From: Dipteris shenzhenensis
Lineage: Eukaryota
Length of the DNA stretch: 64,000 nucleotides
NCBI GenBank assembly: GCA_047967505.1
Contig: CM106538.1
Reading direction: 5' to 3' (one strand)
A model generated the notes under the pieces. It was not told the origin of the DNA and searched no databases. It saw nothing but the letters and a program-made list of their open reading frames with translations. A program made the translations under genes and the position numbers. Of this stretch, positions 62,772-64,000 are shown in pieces (positions within the stretch are counted from its first letter, which is position 1; every line of letters starts with the position of its first letter).

Positions 62772-64000
62772 TGTAGGAACAAAGTGGAGACAGGTTGTGA
62801 ACACAAGTGAGCAAGAGTGCACACACAAGAAAGCTCCAATAGAAATGTTCAAATGAAACAATACAAGTACTTGGTATATATAGTACCCAAGTACTACTAG
62901 TCAACCATAGGGTTGACTTTATGCCTACAACACCATATCTTTGTAAACTCTTACAAATCCCCCCTCAAAGATAGATAGAGTTTGCTTCGCCATCCTGTGC
63001 ATGATGCAAGTCATGCAAAAGCTTCCATAACCACATTAACTCCGTAGTGGCTGAATTTGCAGCTTTGTACTCTGCTTCACTGGAGGAAAGAGAGACTCTC
63101 TCTTGCTTCTTACTGAGCCATGAGATACAAGCTGAACCCAATGAGAAGCAATAACCAGTAGTGGGCCGTCTGTTGTCAATGTCGCCTAACCAATCTGAGT
63201 CGGTGAAACCACTCAGTTTTAGATCACAATCTGAAGCATAATGCAAGCCAAGAGAGAGAGTGCCATGGACATATCTGAGAACCCTCTTTGCTGCATTCCA
63301 ATGTGTGATCATGGGACAATGCATGAACTGGCTCAAAAGCCCTGTGGCGTAGGCAATATCAGGTCGTGTGGAGCATAGATATATCAAACTGCCAACCAAC
63401 TGCCTATACGAAGTGCCATCAAACTTTTCAGCAGTATCATGCTTACTCAGCTTGAGTCCCTTTTCCAATGGAGTAGCCACAGGCTTACAGTTTTCCATTT
63501 TAAATTTCTGCAACAACCCCTTCTAATACTTTGTCTGTGACATAGAGATCGCATCATGGGTCTGCCAAAACTCAATGCCAAAACAATAGTGCAATAGGCC
63601 CAAATCTGTCATGTCAAAGTTGTGACATAAAGCGGACTGCACTGCTGTAATTTGCTGCAAATCACTGCCAGTGAGTATGATGTCATCCACATATAGTACC
63701 AACATGACCAATTCTGTCAAATCACTCGTGGCGAGGAGTCATGTGCTTAGTAGCACCACTGTCGATATACCATGTATCACTTGCAACAAGGGAAGCATCC
63801 CCTGATTGATTTTTAGCATTCAAATCCCCCCTGGCATCCATCTTCTCATTAAATGCAGCAAACACAAAATCTATATCACCTTGGGCAAGATGAGCTTCAC
63901 CATGTACATCTGAAGCACGAGTTTCAGTGGAGGCAACAAAATTACTGCTAGAGCTGTCCCTTTGCCTCTTCTTTTCATTGGCAATTCTTTTCTGACACTC
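62772..64000 (-). mobile_element. Internally deleted Ty1/copia element (3' LTR 62772-62955) inserted in the gypsy 5' LTR
   Basis: PPT reverse complement AATCCCCCCTC; RT/RNase H 62965-63720 (YVDD, FTDSDW); protease WYIDSGATKHMT at ~63735-63775 joined directly to mid-RT. Confidence 0.85.

Overview
Eukaryotic, TE-saturated land-plant DNA; the 18S sequence and TE families suggest a fern or other seed-free plant (inference). About 95% is nested mobile DNA: two L1-clade LINE families (many fragments plus one full-length 7.3-kb copy), RTEX-like LINE fragments, several Ty1/copia-type LTR elements (one complete, one gag-only), a large Ty3/gypsy element with a 3' tandem-repeat block and an extra ORF, and a non-autonomous MULE-like element. 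A degenerate orphan rDNA piece (IGS-like repeats, 5'ETS, 18S) is split by a 10.7-kb nested LINE stack with a 9-bp TSD. The main surprise is four small + strand exons (21970-22088, 27323-27446, 27537-27705, 33682-33804) that join in frame into a PI3K-type C2 domain resembling class I (p110-like) PI3K rather than plant Vps34. The first exon is disrupted and inversely duplicated into a 72-bp-arm hairpin. All comparisons were made by eye and from memory; no searches were run.
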